From Acidobacteriota bacterium (lineage in GTDB: Bacteria; Acidobacteriota; UBA890; WLXD01), in contig CAXWPH010000015.1 of the NCBI GenBank assembly GCA_963666055.2, positions 64,001 to 128,000 on the forward strand: a stretch of DNA of 64,000 bases, read 5' to 3'. Positions 18,914-28,652 of the stretch are shown in pieces. The position numbers and the translations under genes were made by a program. The notes under the pieces were generated by a model. It ran no database searches. It was not told the origin of the DNA and saw nothing but the letters and a program-made list of their open reading frames with translations. The number at the start of each line of letters is the position of its first letter. The stretch's first letter is position 1.

Positions 18914-20167
18914 ATGCTTGAAGAGAGTCACCACTACTTCAACAAGGCGGCCGATTTGCTCGGCCTCTCCGAAAGGGTCCGCAAGATCCTGATTACTCCA
19001 CGCCGGGTGGTCAAGGTAGAGATCGTAATCGAAAGTGACGGCGGCCAACTACTCCACTTCCTCGGGTTTCGGGTGCAACACAGCAACACTCGCGGGCCCT
19101 ATAAGGGGGGCTTGCGGTACCACCCCGCGCTGGACGAGAACCATGCGGCGGCTCTGGCCAATCTGATGACCTGGAAGACCGCCATCGCCAATGTGCCATT
19201 CGGGGGTGCTAAGGGGGGTATCGACTGCGACCCGGCGCAGCTTTCGAAGTCCGAACTTGATCGCGTCACTCGTGCCTTCGTGGGTCAGATCAAGGAGGTA
19301 ATTGGCCCGAACTTGGATGTCCCCGCGCCTGACGTCAACACAAATGCTGAAGTGATGGCGTGGATCATGGACGAGTATTCGAAATACGAGGGTTTCTCAC
19401 CTGGGGTGGTCACGGGGAAGCCGGTTCATCTGTTCGGATCGGCAGGCCGGGAGGAAGCTACCGGACGTGGCTTGTTGTACGTCCTGGAGGAGGCACTCGG
19501 CGATCACGACCTGCCACTAGCAGGTCGAACCATCGCGCTACAGGGATTTGGAAACGTGGGCAGTAACGCAGCCCGGCTCATTGCCGAAAAAGGGGGGAGG
19601 ATCGTGGCAGTAGCCGACCATGCCGGAGCCGTCCACAATCTCGATGGGCTCGACGTGTCGGCTCTGGCGGATTGGGTCAAGGAGCATGGGACCGTTCACG
19701 GCTTTCCGCGTGGCGATGCCTTCGACGGCACCGAGATCATCACCTGGCCGGCGGAGATCCTGATCCCTGCGGCTCTCGAGAACATGATCACAGCGGACAA
19801 CGCCAAGGACGTTCAGGCCAGGATCGTGATCGAAGGAGCCAATGGCCCCACTACTCCCCAGGCCCACGAGATTCTTTTGGAACGTGGCGTCACGGTAGTG
19901 CCGGACATCCTCGCCAACTGCGGTGGCGTTACCGTCAGTTACTTCGAATGGGCTCAGAACGTCCAGCGATTCAGCTGGGAATACGACCGAGTGGTTAAGG
20001 AACTTGAGAAGGTCATGCGGCGAGCCTACCGGGCGGTCAGGAGTCTTGCACAGAAAAAGAATGTCGACCTGCGAACGGCTGCTTTTGCATTGGCGATTCA
20101 ACGAGTGGGCAGGGCGGCTGCCTCTCGCACGACAATGCGAGAAGAGATCGGCTTCCAAGATTCTTGA
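18914..20167 (+). CDS. gdhA: Glu/Leu/Phe/Val dehydrogenase, most likely glutamate dehydrogenase
   Basis: GPYKGGLRY, MTWK, GGAKGG, PAPDVNT, VVTGKP, EATGRG, QGFGNVG, EGANGP, GGVTVSYFEW; AGGAG RBS. Confidence 0.9.
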   Translation: MLEESHHYFNKAADLLGLSERVRKILITPRRVVKVEIVIESDGGQLLHFLGFRVQHSNTRGPYKGGLRYHPALDENHAAALANLMTWKTAIANVPFGGAKGGIDCDPAQLSKSELDRVTRAFVGQIKEVIGPNLDVPAPDVNTNAEVMAWIMDEYSKYEGFSPGVVTGKPVHLFGSAGREEATGRGLLYVLEEALGDHDLPLAGRTIALQGFGNVGSNAARLIAEKGGRIVAVADHAGAVHNLDGLDVSALADWVKEHGTVHGFPRGDAFDGTEIITWPAEILIPAALENMITADNAKDVQARIVIEGANGPTTPQAHEILLERGVTVVPDILANCGGVTVSYFEWAQNVQRFSWEYDRVVKELEKVMRRAYRAVRSLAQKKNVDLRTAAFALAIQRVGRAAASRTTMREEIGFQDS

Positions 20168-20237
20168 CGCCATGACGGGCGACGACCGCGACCTGCGTGC
20201 ACGAGGACCCGGCCACGGAGGACGAGAGGGTGGAGCG

Positions 20238-20849
20238 GTGAGTGGTTGGATTATCTGGTTCGAACGAGTTGTGATTTTCGCCGTCTCCGCATCTGTGATC
20301 GAGTTCACGGTGAGCACGATGCCAGTCGGAGAATCGGCACCGCTATTACGCATGACGGCTGCTGTGTTGCGGGTTTGGTTCGTGATCGAGTACGCGCTGC
20401 GCATCGTGATGAGCAGTAGGAAGTGGCGCTACGTAGTGAGCGTAGCTGGCGTGGCAGATCTTCTTGCCGTGGTGCTCGACGCAGGGGTGCTGAAGCTGCT
20501 GCGCCTGCTGAAGCTCACGTCGAGGGCAACAGCGCTCAACCGATTGAAACGAGGTGTCTTCGCAGTGCGCCACGAACTCGCTGCCGCCGCGGGGGGTACT
20601 GGCATGCTGCTCTACGTCTCAGCTGTCGCTCTGTACTACGCCGAACGCGACGTGCAACCAGACACCTTCGGCTCCATTCCGGCCGCGCTGTGGTGGTCCG
20701 TTATCACTTTGACGACGGTCGGATACGGAGACGTGACCCCAGTAACACCGGCAGGACGGGTGCTCACGGGAATCGTCGTCCTGCTCGGGATTGGCGTTGT
20801 CGCCGTTCCTACCGGTCTGATCGCGTCGGGACTGTCGAGAGACGCGTAG
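20238..20849 (+). CDS. Voltage-gated-type potassium channel (start 20172 or 20238)
   Basis: Selectivity filter TTVGYGD, WWSVIT pore helix, S4-like LKLLRLLKL. Confidence 0.88.
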   Translation: MSGWIIWFERVVIFAVSASVIEFTVSTMPVGESAPLLRMTAAVLRVWFVIEYALRIVMSSRKWRYVVSVAGVADLLAVVLDAGVLKLLRLLKLTSRATALNRLKRGVFAVRHELAAAAGGTGMLLYVSAVALYYAERDVQPDTFGSIPAALWWSVITLTTVGYGDVTPVTPAGRVLTGIVVLLGIGVVAVPTGLIASGLSRDA

Positions 20850-21160
20850 CCGGCTAGTGGAGGGCGGGGAGGTGCAGTGATGCTGGGCCAACGCCGCTTA
20901 GTCGCCAGTCTCACTAACTGTAGTAGATTGAGTCGCCTTCCTCAGTGTGCGCGACTGGCGGCACGGTTCCCCGCGTCGTGTTTGCGCCGGTTTGAATCCC
21001 ATTTCCCCGTTCAACACCCGGCGCGGAACCCCGAGCGCACCGTCGCTCCTAGGCACAGTACGCTCAGCATTATCTGCAATGATGGATGGTCGCCCACGAT
21101 AAGCACCTCCACCGATCTCAATATCCCGGTGGCTCTACGCTGCCGCGAGTTCAACATGGT

Positions 21161-21230
21161 CGTCTCCAAAACGTCTCCAAAACCCGGGTGCACTCCAGTA
21201 GATTCCAGTCGACTGGAGTCGACTCCCTGA
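21161..21230. repeat. Putative att arm: two 11-bp arm-type repeats followed by four 10-bp-period repeats
   Basis: cgtctccaaaa x2 (21161-21182); cactccagta gattccagtc gactggagtc gactccctga (21191-21230). Confidence 0.65.
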
Positions 21231-21337
21231 GTCGCCGTAAACGGATACCTGTCAACGAGAAACGGCGAAAGCCGCGCGCCATCAACCACTTAGAGGAATC
21301 CGTTACAGCGGGTTCAATTCCCGCCGCCTCTTTCGGG

Positions 21338-21820
21338 TCATTCCATGCGTAGCGAGAGCGCCAGCAGGACGGCCGCGACGAACGGAGCGATCGTGCGTAC
21401 GTGGTTCATCCTCACCCACTCCTGCAGATATGTCGCCCAGTAGGCGACTCCCTCCGCAGAGTTCGGATCCATAGCCTCCAGGATGTCGTTACGGGGAACG
21501 TGGTAGCCGACCGTGACCAACAGCACGCCGACGATGTACAGGGCGCCGGCGATCAACTGGTATCTGGACCCAGGGTGCTGAAGGTGCATCGCCGCGTAGA
21601 TCATGAGAACGAGACAGGCGGTGCCCGTGCCGAACAGCAGCAGCATGAAGGGCAGCGTCGGCGCTTCCTTGTTGATCGCCTGCATGGCAGCAGCCCCTTG
21701 CTCCGGGGCGAGGCGCTTGAGCCCCGCCATGGTGAACGTCGAGAAGGTAAAGAACGCCCCGGCCGCGGTGGCCGCGCCAACGGCGCAGATGATCGTCATG
21801 GTTTGAGCGAAGGAGCTCAT
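21338..21820 (-). CDS. DUF1772 / anthrone oxygenase family membrane protein
   Basis: GAFFTFSTFTMAGL, AMQAIN, VPRN, YWATYLQEWVRMNHVRT. Confidence 0.85.
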   Translation of the reverse strand: MSSFAQTMTIICAVGAATAAGAFFTFSTFTMAGLKRLAPEQGAAAMQAINKEAPTLPFMLLLFGTGTACLVLMIYAAMHLQHPGSRYQLIAGALYIVGVLLVTVGYHVPRNDILEAMDPNSAEGVAYWATYLQEWVRMNHVRTIAPFVAAVLLALSLRME

Positions 21821-22122
21821 GATGCCTCCCCCTGCAGATTCCAGACGCCGGGTGCAGCCGTGGCGCGGGCATAGTCGGCGAAGCTGCCCACCCTGTCGGC
21901 GGCGCCGGGGAAGGCGAGGTCGGGGTAGTAGGTGATGTATACGGCGTCCACGCCATCCAGGGCGGGAGCCCAGGTGTGGTCGTCGTTCCAGTCGAAGCGC
22001 GTCTCACCGGAGCGAGATGCGGCCCGCACCGGACATCCGCCCGCAGTCAGCAGGTCGGTCACCCGCCGCCCGGTCTTACCGCTGGCGCCAAGAACGAGGG
22101 TCGTTCGTGTGGTCTCGAGCAT
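21817..22122 (-). pseudogene. NmrA-family NAD(P)-binding protein with large in-frame internal deletion
   Basis: Rossmann start LVLGASGKTGRRV joined directly to the family C-terminus FADYARATAAPGVW; only 101 aa. Confidence 0.75.
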
Positions 22123-22241
22123 CTGTGCACTCCGTTTGGTTTGAGTGATACCGGCCATAGGAGCAGTGTGTGTGTGCGGCCAACCAGACGGTCCATGGCT
22201 CAGATGCTCAACTTCATGTGTGGTCGTCTATGCTGATGGGA

Positions 22242-23180
22242 ATGGATCCTTTCGTCGGCTTGCTCGATGGTCCGCGTGCCCGCGGCGCCTTCGCGCTGCG
22301 CACCGTGATGACCCCACCGTGGTCGCTGCGGATCCTCGCCGAATCACCGCTCACGGTGCTCGCCATGGTGCAGGGCGAGGCGTGGGTGGTGCCCGACGAC
22401 GGCGAAGCGGTGCGCCTCGCTGTGGGCGACGTGGCGGTCACCCGCGGTCCCGACCATTACAACGTCGCCGACCGCCCGGACCGATCGCCCGACATCGTGA
22501 TCCACCCCGGCCAGCAGTGCCGGTCGCTGGACGGCGAGTCCATGCAAGAGGAGATGTCGCTCGGCGTGCGCACCTGGGGCAACGACCCTGCCGGCTCCAC
22601 CGTGATGCTCGTCGGTGCCTACGAGGCTATCGGCGACATCAGCGATCGCCTGCTCCGTGCGCTGCCACCGGTCTTGTCAGTGCTACACGATCAGTGGGAC
22701 TCGCCACTGGTGTCGTTGCTCTGCGAGGAAGTCGTGAAGGACGAACCCGGCCAGGCGGCAGTTCTCGACCGACTGATCGATCTGTTGCTCATCCAGGTTC
22801 TGCGCACTTGGTTCGCCCGACCCGAGGCCGACGCCCCGGAGTGGTACCGGTCGCAGGGTGATCCGGTTGTCGGGCGGGCGCTGCGCGTCATGCACATCGA
22901 TCCCGCCCGTCAATGGACGGTGGCCGGCCTCGCTGCCGAAACCGGGGTTTCGCGCGCCGCGCTGGCTCGACGATTTCACCAAGTGGTGGGCGAGCCGCCG
23001 ATGACGTTCCTTACCGGATGGCGCCTGGCCCTGGCCGCCGATCTGCTGTGCGAACCGGATGCAACGGTCGGCTCCGTGGCTGAGCAGGTGGGCTACAGCA
23101 GTCCGTTCGCCCTCAGCACGGCCTTCAAACGAGTGCGCGGCCTCAGTCCGCAAGAGCATCGCGTCCGCGCCATGTCCTGA
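22242..23180 (+). CDS. AraC-family regulator with cupin_6 domain
   Basis: LLDGPRARGAF; DPVVGRAL..WTVAGLA..SRAALARRF; VGYSSPFALSTAFKR. Confidence 0.92.
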   Translation: MDPFVGLLDGPRARGAFALRTVMTPPWSLRILAESPLTVLAMVQGEAWVVPDDGEAVRLAVGDVAVTRGPDHYNVADRPDRSPDIVIHPGQQCRSLDGESMQEEMSLGVRTWGNDPAGSTVMLVGAYEAIGDISDRLLRALPPVLSVLHDQWDSPLVSLLCEEVVKDEPGQAAVLDRLIDLLLIQVLRTWFARPEADAPEWYRSQGDPVVGRALRVMHIDPARQWTVAGLAAETGVSRAALARRFHQVVGEPPMTFLTGWRLALAADLLCEPDATVGSVAEQVGYSSPFALSTAFKRVRGLSPQEHRVRAMS

Positions 23181-23372
23181 AACTCGCGACTCGCCGACTT
23201 CGGCCTACCTCCGGGTCCAGGCGCGAGCCTGCCCTTGCCGTGCATAGGGTCGATATGCGAGGGTCCGGCCTCGATGGGCTGAGACCCGCAGAGTTGCGCG
23301 CCGGTGGATGGCCGCCGCGACGACCGGGGAAGCCCACCCTGGGCGAATCTGCTTGACAGGAGGCAAGAGAGG

Positions 23373-24050
23373 ATGAGCGGCAAGCGAAGTGCAACGTTCG
23401 CGGTGTTCGGCCTGGTGATGCTGGCGATGGCGGTCCAGGTCACGGCGCAGCAAGACCAGGAGACGGAACCGATGGGCTTCTTCATTACCAGCGTCGGTCC
23501 GGGGAGCGGCGGCGATCTCGGAGGCCTGGTGGGAGCGGATGCTCACTGTCAATCGCTCGCCGAGGCGGTGGGTGCCGGCGGCCGCACCTGGAGGGCGTAC
23601 CTGAGTACCCAGGCAGCAGGCGGCCATCAGGCCATCAACGCTCGGGACCGGATCGGCGAAGGTCCCTGGGCCAACTCCGTGGGGCTCGGGATCGCCTCCG
23701 ATGTAGACGAGCTGCACTACAACAATGCCAACATCCGCTACGAGCACGCGCTCAACGAGCGGGGGCAGCGCGTGAACTCCGGAGCTTCGGGCGACTCGCC
23801 GAGCATGCACGACATCCTGACAGGGTCGAGGCTCGACGGCACCGCCTTCCCGCCGGGTGAGGACCGGACCTGCGGCAACTGGACAAGCAGCAGCGAGGGC
23901 AGCGCGATGCTGGGGCACCACGACCGGTTCAGGTTCACCACGCCGGGCAGCCCGTGGAACATGGCGCATCCGTCGCAGGGCTGCAGCCAAGAGGATCTCG
24001 TGGGGACAGGAGGAAACGGGCTCTTCTACTGCTTTGCCGCGGAGCGATAG
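23373..24050 (+). CDS. Secreted lectin/endostatin-like domain protein
   Basis: Signal peptide; GGDLGGLVGADAHCQSLA, WRAYLS, HDILTGS, TCGNWTS, GLFYCFAA. Confidence 0.75.
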   Translation: MSGKRSATFAVFGLVMLAMAVQVTAQQDQETEPMGFFITSVGPGSGGDLGGLVGADAHCQSLAEAVGAGGRTWRAYLSTQAAGGHQAINARDRIGEGPWANSVGLGIASDVDELHYNNANIRYEHALNERGQRVNSGASGDSPSMHDILTGSRLDGTAFPPGEDRTCGNWTSSSEGSAMLGHHDRFRFTTPGSPWNMAHPSQGCSQEDLVGTGGNGLFYCFAAER

Positions 24051-24186
24051 ACGAGGCCCGAGGTATCGTCGGGACTGAAGTGCACCACTAGAAGATGTCT
24101 CGCAAGAGCACGATGAAATCGGCCCACATGCCGCAGGATAGGAGGTTCTGGGCCGCATGATTGCCCCACTCGGGAGGTTTCGACCG

Positions 24187-25011
24187 ATGAGAGAACGTGT
24201 GCTCGCCGTGATCCTGGTGCTCGCCATCGCGGCGCCGATGATGGCGCAGGATATGGACGCACCCCGACCGATCGACGCGCTCGACACCGTGTGGATCGAA
24301 GAAATGACGTGGATGGAAGTGCGGGACGCGCTCGCCGACGGCAAGACAACGGTCATCGTGGCTGCCGGAAGCCTCGAACAGAACGGTCCTTACATCCCGA
24401 CCGCCAAGCACGCCTACGTCCTGCGCGCAACGACGGAAGCCATCGCACGCAAGCTGGGCAACGCGCTGATCGCCCCGATCGTGCGCTATGAACCCGGCGA
24501 TCCGGAAAACCCGCGCTATCCGGGTACCATCCCGGTGCGCCTGGAGACCTACAAGGCGATCCTGGCCGACGTGTCCTCGAGCCTGAGGCAGCACGGCTTC
24601 CGCAACATCGTCTTGATCGGAGACAGCGGCGGCAACCAGCGCGGCCTCGAGGAAGTCGCCGAAGAATTGACCACCGCATGGGACGGCGGCGACACCGCCA
24701 TCTATTTCGTACGCGAGTACTACGACAGTTGGTATGCCTCGGATGCAGCGGTCGAGCAGGTCGCCGGCAAGGCGGAGGTGCGGGAAGGTATCCACGACGA
24801 CTACAGCGTTACTTCGATCATCATGACCGTCGACCCTCAGGCGGTGCGCTACGACCAGCGCGTCGCCGCCAACAGAGCCTCCATCAACGGGATCAGCATC
24901 ATGCCGAAAGAGCGGACGATCGCGAACGGACGAAAGCTGGTCGACATTCGCGCCAACGCGACTGTCGAGGCGATTCTGCGAACGGTCGGCGAGACCAGCA
25001 TCAACCAGTAA
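24187..25011 (+). CDS. Secreted creatininase-family protein
   Basis: EEMTWMEVRDA, GSLEQNGP, HGFRNIVLIGDSGGNQ, IHDD. Confidence 0.85.
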   Translation: MRERVLAVILVLAIAAPMMAQDMDAPRPIDALDTVWIEEMTWMEVRDALADGKTTVIVAAGSLEQNGPYIPTAKHAYVLRATTEAIARKLGNALIAPIVRYEPGDPENPRYPGTIPVRLETYKAILADVSSSLRQHGFRNIVLIGDSGGNQRGLEEVAEELTTAWDGGDTAIYFVREYYDSWYASDAAVEQVAGKAEVREGIHDDYSVTSIIMTVDPQAVRYDQRVAANRASINGISIMPKERTIANGRKLVDIRANATVEAILRTVGETSINQ

Positions 25012-25164
25012 CGGCGCCGATCGAGCTCACTACGGTCGATCGCATCGGGCCACGTTCTTACCGACCCAGTCGCGGCAGCACCGTAGCGCGACCCGACTAT
25101 TTACGGCACGGATCAGATACGATCAGCTTGCGGGGGTACTGGAACACGGGGTGAACGAGGGGCA

Positions 25165-25980
25165 ATGAGAGGTTTCGGTCCGATCGCGCTGGCTGCGGGC
25201 TTGTGCCTCGCCCTCGCCGCGCCCGCCCGGGCTCAGGAAGAGCAGCTCGGGCTGTTCGACAAAGTAAGCGTCGCCCTCGAGGCTTCCTACCTGCTGAATC
25301 TCAAGACGGTTGTCCGCCTGGATTCCGAGCAGCTCGGCGTCGGCACGACGATCAACTTCGAAGGCGACTTGGGCCTCGACACGTCGAAGACCATACCCAG
25401 CCTCAGCGCCGAGTGGCGAATCGCCAAGCGACACCTGCTCGGCGCAAGCTGGTTCAAAGTCGATCGCAGCTCGGCGAGCCAAGCGTTGACCGGGATTCAA
25501 TTCGGTGACATCGAGATCCCTATCAACCAGGCTGTCACCTTGGCAACAGGACAGGAGGAGCTCCGCCTTTGGTATCGCTACTATCCGATCGTCACCAACC
25601 ACACGGCGTTCGGCATCGGCATCGGGGTGCGGCGCGTAAATTACGTTTTCTCCATCGAGGCGCCGGTGCTCGGGCTGCGCGAAGAGGCAACCGTTGATGC
25701 GCCGCTGCCGTTCGTTGGCGTGGAGTTGCGGCAAATGTTGTCTCGGAAGTGGCGCTTCACGGCGGATTTCGGCTGGTTTGCCGTGAAGTTCCGAACTGTG
25801 GACGGGTCGCAGTTCATTCGCGGCGCCGGGCTGGAACACCTGAGCTTCAAGAACGCGAGCATCGGTATCCGCGTTCAGAGCTCGAGCATCGACGCCAGCG
25901 TCAACGACCAACCGCTCTTTGCCGGCACCGCAGACGTGGACGGCACTCGCGCCAGCATCTTCGTCAAAGCGCGCTGGTAA
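25165..25980 (+). CDS. Putative outer-membrane beta-barrel protein
   Basis: Signal peptide; GTTINFEGDLGL; alternating beta-strands; C-terminal aromatic residue (FVKARW). Confidence 0.65.
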   Translation: MRGFGPIALAAGLCLALAAPARAQEEQLGLFDKVSVALEASYLLNLKTVVRLDSEQLGVGTTINFEGDLGLDTSKTIPSLSAEWRIAKRHLLGASWFKVDRSSASQALTGIQFGDIEIPINQAVTLATGQEELRLWYRYYPIVTNHTAFGIGIGVRRVNYVFSIEAPVLGLREEATVDAPLPFVGVELRQMLSRKWRFTADFGWFAVKFRTVDGSQFIRGAGLEHLSFKNASIGIRVQSSSIDASVNDQPLFAGTADVDGTRASIFVKARW

Positions 25981-25984
25981 CCGC

Positions 25985-28630
25985 ATGGAACCCGGTACTC
26001 GCCTAGGCCACTACGAGATCCTCTCCCCGCTCGGTGCGGGCGGGATGGGTGAGGTGTATCGAGCCAAGGACACCAAGCTCAAGCGCGATGTGGCCATCAA
26101 GGTACTCCCAGATGGGGCGGTTTCCGCTGCGACCCTGGCGAGGTTCGATCGCGAAGCTGAGATTCTGGCCGGACTCAACCATCCCAACATCGCCACTATC
26201 CATGGACTGGAAGAGCACGACGGTCGCCCGTGTCTGATCCTCGAGCTGGTGGAGGGAGAGACCCTCGCCGAGCGGCTGAGAGAAGGGCCTCTATCGCTGC
26301 AAGGTGCCCTGCGCATCAACCGACAGATCGCCCAGGCACTGGAGGCTGCTCACGAGAAGGGGATCATCCATCGCGATTTGAAACCCGGCAACGTGATGGT
26401 GACGCCACAGGGTGGGGTCAAGGTGCTCGATTTCGGCATCGCAAAAGCACTCCAACACGTGGAAGAGGCTGATCTGACGCAGGCCAACACGGAAGCCTTT
26501 GAGCTCACGGCAAAGGGTGCGTTCCTTGGCACGGCCGCCTACATGAGTCCGGAGCAGATGCGAGGACAGCCGCTCGATACGCGTACCGATATCTGGTCGT
26601 TTGGATGCGTGCTCTACGAGACCTTGACCGGTAAGCGGGCGTTTGCGCGTGAGACGGCCGCCGACACGCTCAACGCCATCCTCGAGCACGAGCCCAACTG
26701 GAGTGACTTGCCAGCTGGCACACCTGGTTCTGTGGAGTCCTTGTCGCGGCGATGTTTGCAGAAGGACAGGGTTGAACGACTGCATGACATCGCCGACGCG
26801 CGGATCGAGATCGAGGAGGAGCTCTCGGGTCGGTCGGGGAGTGTCGCCGCCGTTGCCACGCGTCGGCTTGGCAAGAAGCTAATCGTGGCCTACTCGGTGG
26901 GCGCGCTCGCCCTGGTTGCGACGCTCGTGATCGGCTGGCAGACGCTGTGGACGACCGCAGATACCTCGGGCGCGCCGCTGGGCACGCCGAACTCCGGCCG
27001 GACCGGGGCGAGGGTTGCGGCCACAGCGTTCGACCCGACCGACTGGGTCATCACCGTCCTGCCCATCCTCGCCCGGGCCGAGGCAGACGCCGAGATCGTG
27101 GCGCTGAACGACGGCCTGACCGTGACGCTGACGGCGCGGCTGGCGGGGCTCTCTCGCACCCACGGTTTACAGGTGATCCCCGCCAGCTCGCTGCGCGAGC
27201 TGCGTATCGACACGCTGCAGAAAGCTCGCGAGGAGCTCGGCGTGTCGCTCGCCATCAACTATGCGACGCGTCGAGTTGGCGAGCGGGATCTCCGTGTCAC
27301 GGCGACCCTGGTCGACGTCGGCGCGCAGCGCCAGCTTGGTGCCGACACCATCGACGGCACGCTCGACGACCTCATCGAGTTCGAGGAACGAGTGGCGCAG
27401 CAGGTCCTGGGCATGCTCCAAGTGGAGCTCGAGCCAATGGACCGGCAGGCCCTCAGTGCCGGTACGCGCGATCCGGCAGCCTACGCGCTATTCCTGCGCG
27501 GTCAGGGGTTGCTCGCAGACTACGATGATCCTGACAACATCGAGTCCGCCGCCGACCTCTTCCAACAGGCCTTGCGGCTCGATCCGACCTATGCCGACGC
27601 TCACGCTGCCCTGGGCACGGCCTTCTGGCGTCGGTTCAACGACACGCGCGAGCCAATGTGGATCGACCGCGCCACCCAACAGTGCCGTCGCGCTCAGGAG
27701 CTCGACGACCAGGCGGCGCTTGCCCATGTCTGCCTCGGTGAGCTTTACAACGGCACGGGAGAGCCGGAGATCGCCATCGCCGAGCTCTCCCGAGCGTTGG
27801 CCCTCGATCCGACGATCGATGTCGCCTACGTCGAGCTGGGCAAGGCGTACCAGGAGCTCAACAAGCCGGAGCTGGCAGAGGAGACCTACCGGGACGCGAT
27901 CACGACCCGGCCGCACTACTGGGCCGGCCACCAGTGGCTCGGCATCTTCCTGCTTCGCCGTGGTCGCCTGGACGAGGCGATCGTCAGCCTGGGGGAGGTC
28001 GTACGACTGGCACCGGCCAGCTACAGCGGCTATCGCAACCTCGGGACCGCCCACTACTTCGCGGAGAACTGGGACGAGGCGCGCCGGCTGCTCGAGCGGG
28101 CGCTGAGCATCCGGCCGGATGACGAGAGGTCGCTGTCGAACCTGGCGACACTCTACTTCTTTCAGCGACGCTATGCCGACGCGGCGCGCACCTTCGAGCG
28201 CGCCGCGGATCTCGACGACAAGAACCACTTGCGTTGGGGCAATCTAGCCGACGCCTATTATTGGCTCCCTGGGGCGCGCGACAGGGCGGCCGACACATAC
28301 AGGCGGGCAATCGCGCTGGGCGAGACACAGCTGCGTATCAATCCTCGTGATGTCGATGCTCTTATCGACCTGGCCTTTTACAACGCCATGCTCGAGCAAA
28401 GCGACAACGCGATCACACACATCGAAAAGGCCCTGGCTCTGGAGGCCAGCGAGGGATACGTCCTGCTCCAGGCGGCCAAGGTATATCACCGTCTGGGAAA
28501 TGACGTTACGGCACTAGGCCACCTGGACGCGGCCGTAACAGCGGGGTACACGGTCGCCGAGATCCGAGCGGACCCCGTGTTCGACGACCTCGCGGGCGAC
28601 CCGCGATTCGAGGCCTTGCTGGATCCATGA
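25985..28630 (+). CDS. Ser/Thr protein kinase with TM helix and TPR repeats
   Basis: GAGGMGEVY, HRDLKPGN, DFG, YMSPEQ; TM segment; long TPR array. Confidence 0.93.
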   Translation: MEPGTRLGHYEILSPLGAGGMGEVYRAKDTKLKRDVAIKVLPDGAVSAATLARFDREAEILAGLNHPNIATIHGLEEHDGRPCLILELVEGETLAERLREGPLSLQGALRINRQIAQALEAAHEKGIIHRDLKPGNVMVTPQGGVKVLDFGIAKALQHVEEADLTQANTEAFELTAKGAFLGTAAYMSPEQMRGQPLDTRTDIWSFGCVLYETLTGKRAFARETAADTLNAILEHEPNWSDLPAGTPGSVESLSRRCLQKDRVERLHDIADARIEIEEELSGRSGSVAAVATRRLGKKLIVAYSVGALALVATLVIGWQTLWTTADTSGAPLGTPNSGRTGARVAATAFDPTDWVITVLPILARAEADAEIVALNDGLTVTLTARLAGLSRTHGLQVIPASSLRELRIDTLQKAREELGVSLAINYATRRVGERDLRVTATLVDVGAQRQLGADTIDGTLDDLIEFEERVAQQVLGMLQVELEPMDRQALSAGTRDPAAYALFLRGQGLLADYDDPDNIESAADLFQQALRLDPTYADAHAALGTAFWRRFNDTREPMWIDRATQQCRRAQELDDQAALAHVCLGELYNGTGEPEIAIAELSRALALDPTIDVAYVELGKAYQELNKPELAEETYRDAITTRPHYWAGHQWLGIFLLRRGRLDEAIVSLGEVVRLAPASYSGYRNLGTAHYFAENWDEARRLLERALSIRPDDERSLSNLATLYFFQRRYADAARTFERAADLDDKNHLRWGNLADAYYWLPGARDRAADTYRRAIALGETQLRINPRDVDALIDLAFYNAMLEQSDNAITHIEKALALEASEGYVLLQAAKVYHRLGNDVTALGHLDAAVTAGYTVAEIRADPVFDDLAGDPRFEALLDP

Positions 28631-28652
28631 GCACGCTGAGCGGTGGCGGCGA

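Larger units (their letters stand above)
13362..21330. mobile_element. Genomic island integrated at the tmRNA 3' end (~8 kb)
   Basis: 23-bp direct repeat gcgggttcaattcccgccgcctc at 13362-13384 and 21308-21330; integrase next to the left att. Confidence 0.93.

Noticed and set aside
21011-21157. Receiver-like peptide VLIVGDHPSLQIML on the minus strand
   Set aside because: Too short and degenerate to support a gene call
21308-21330. Possible tRNA gene (T-arm GGTTCAATTCC)
   Set aside because: Only 23 bp, identical to the tmRNA 3' end; it is the att repeat
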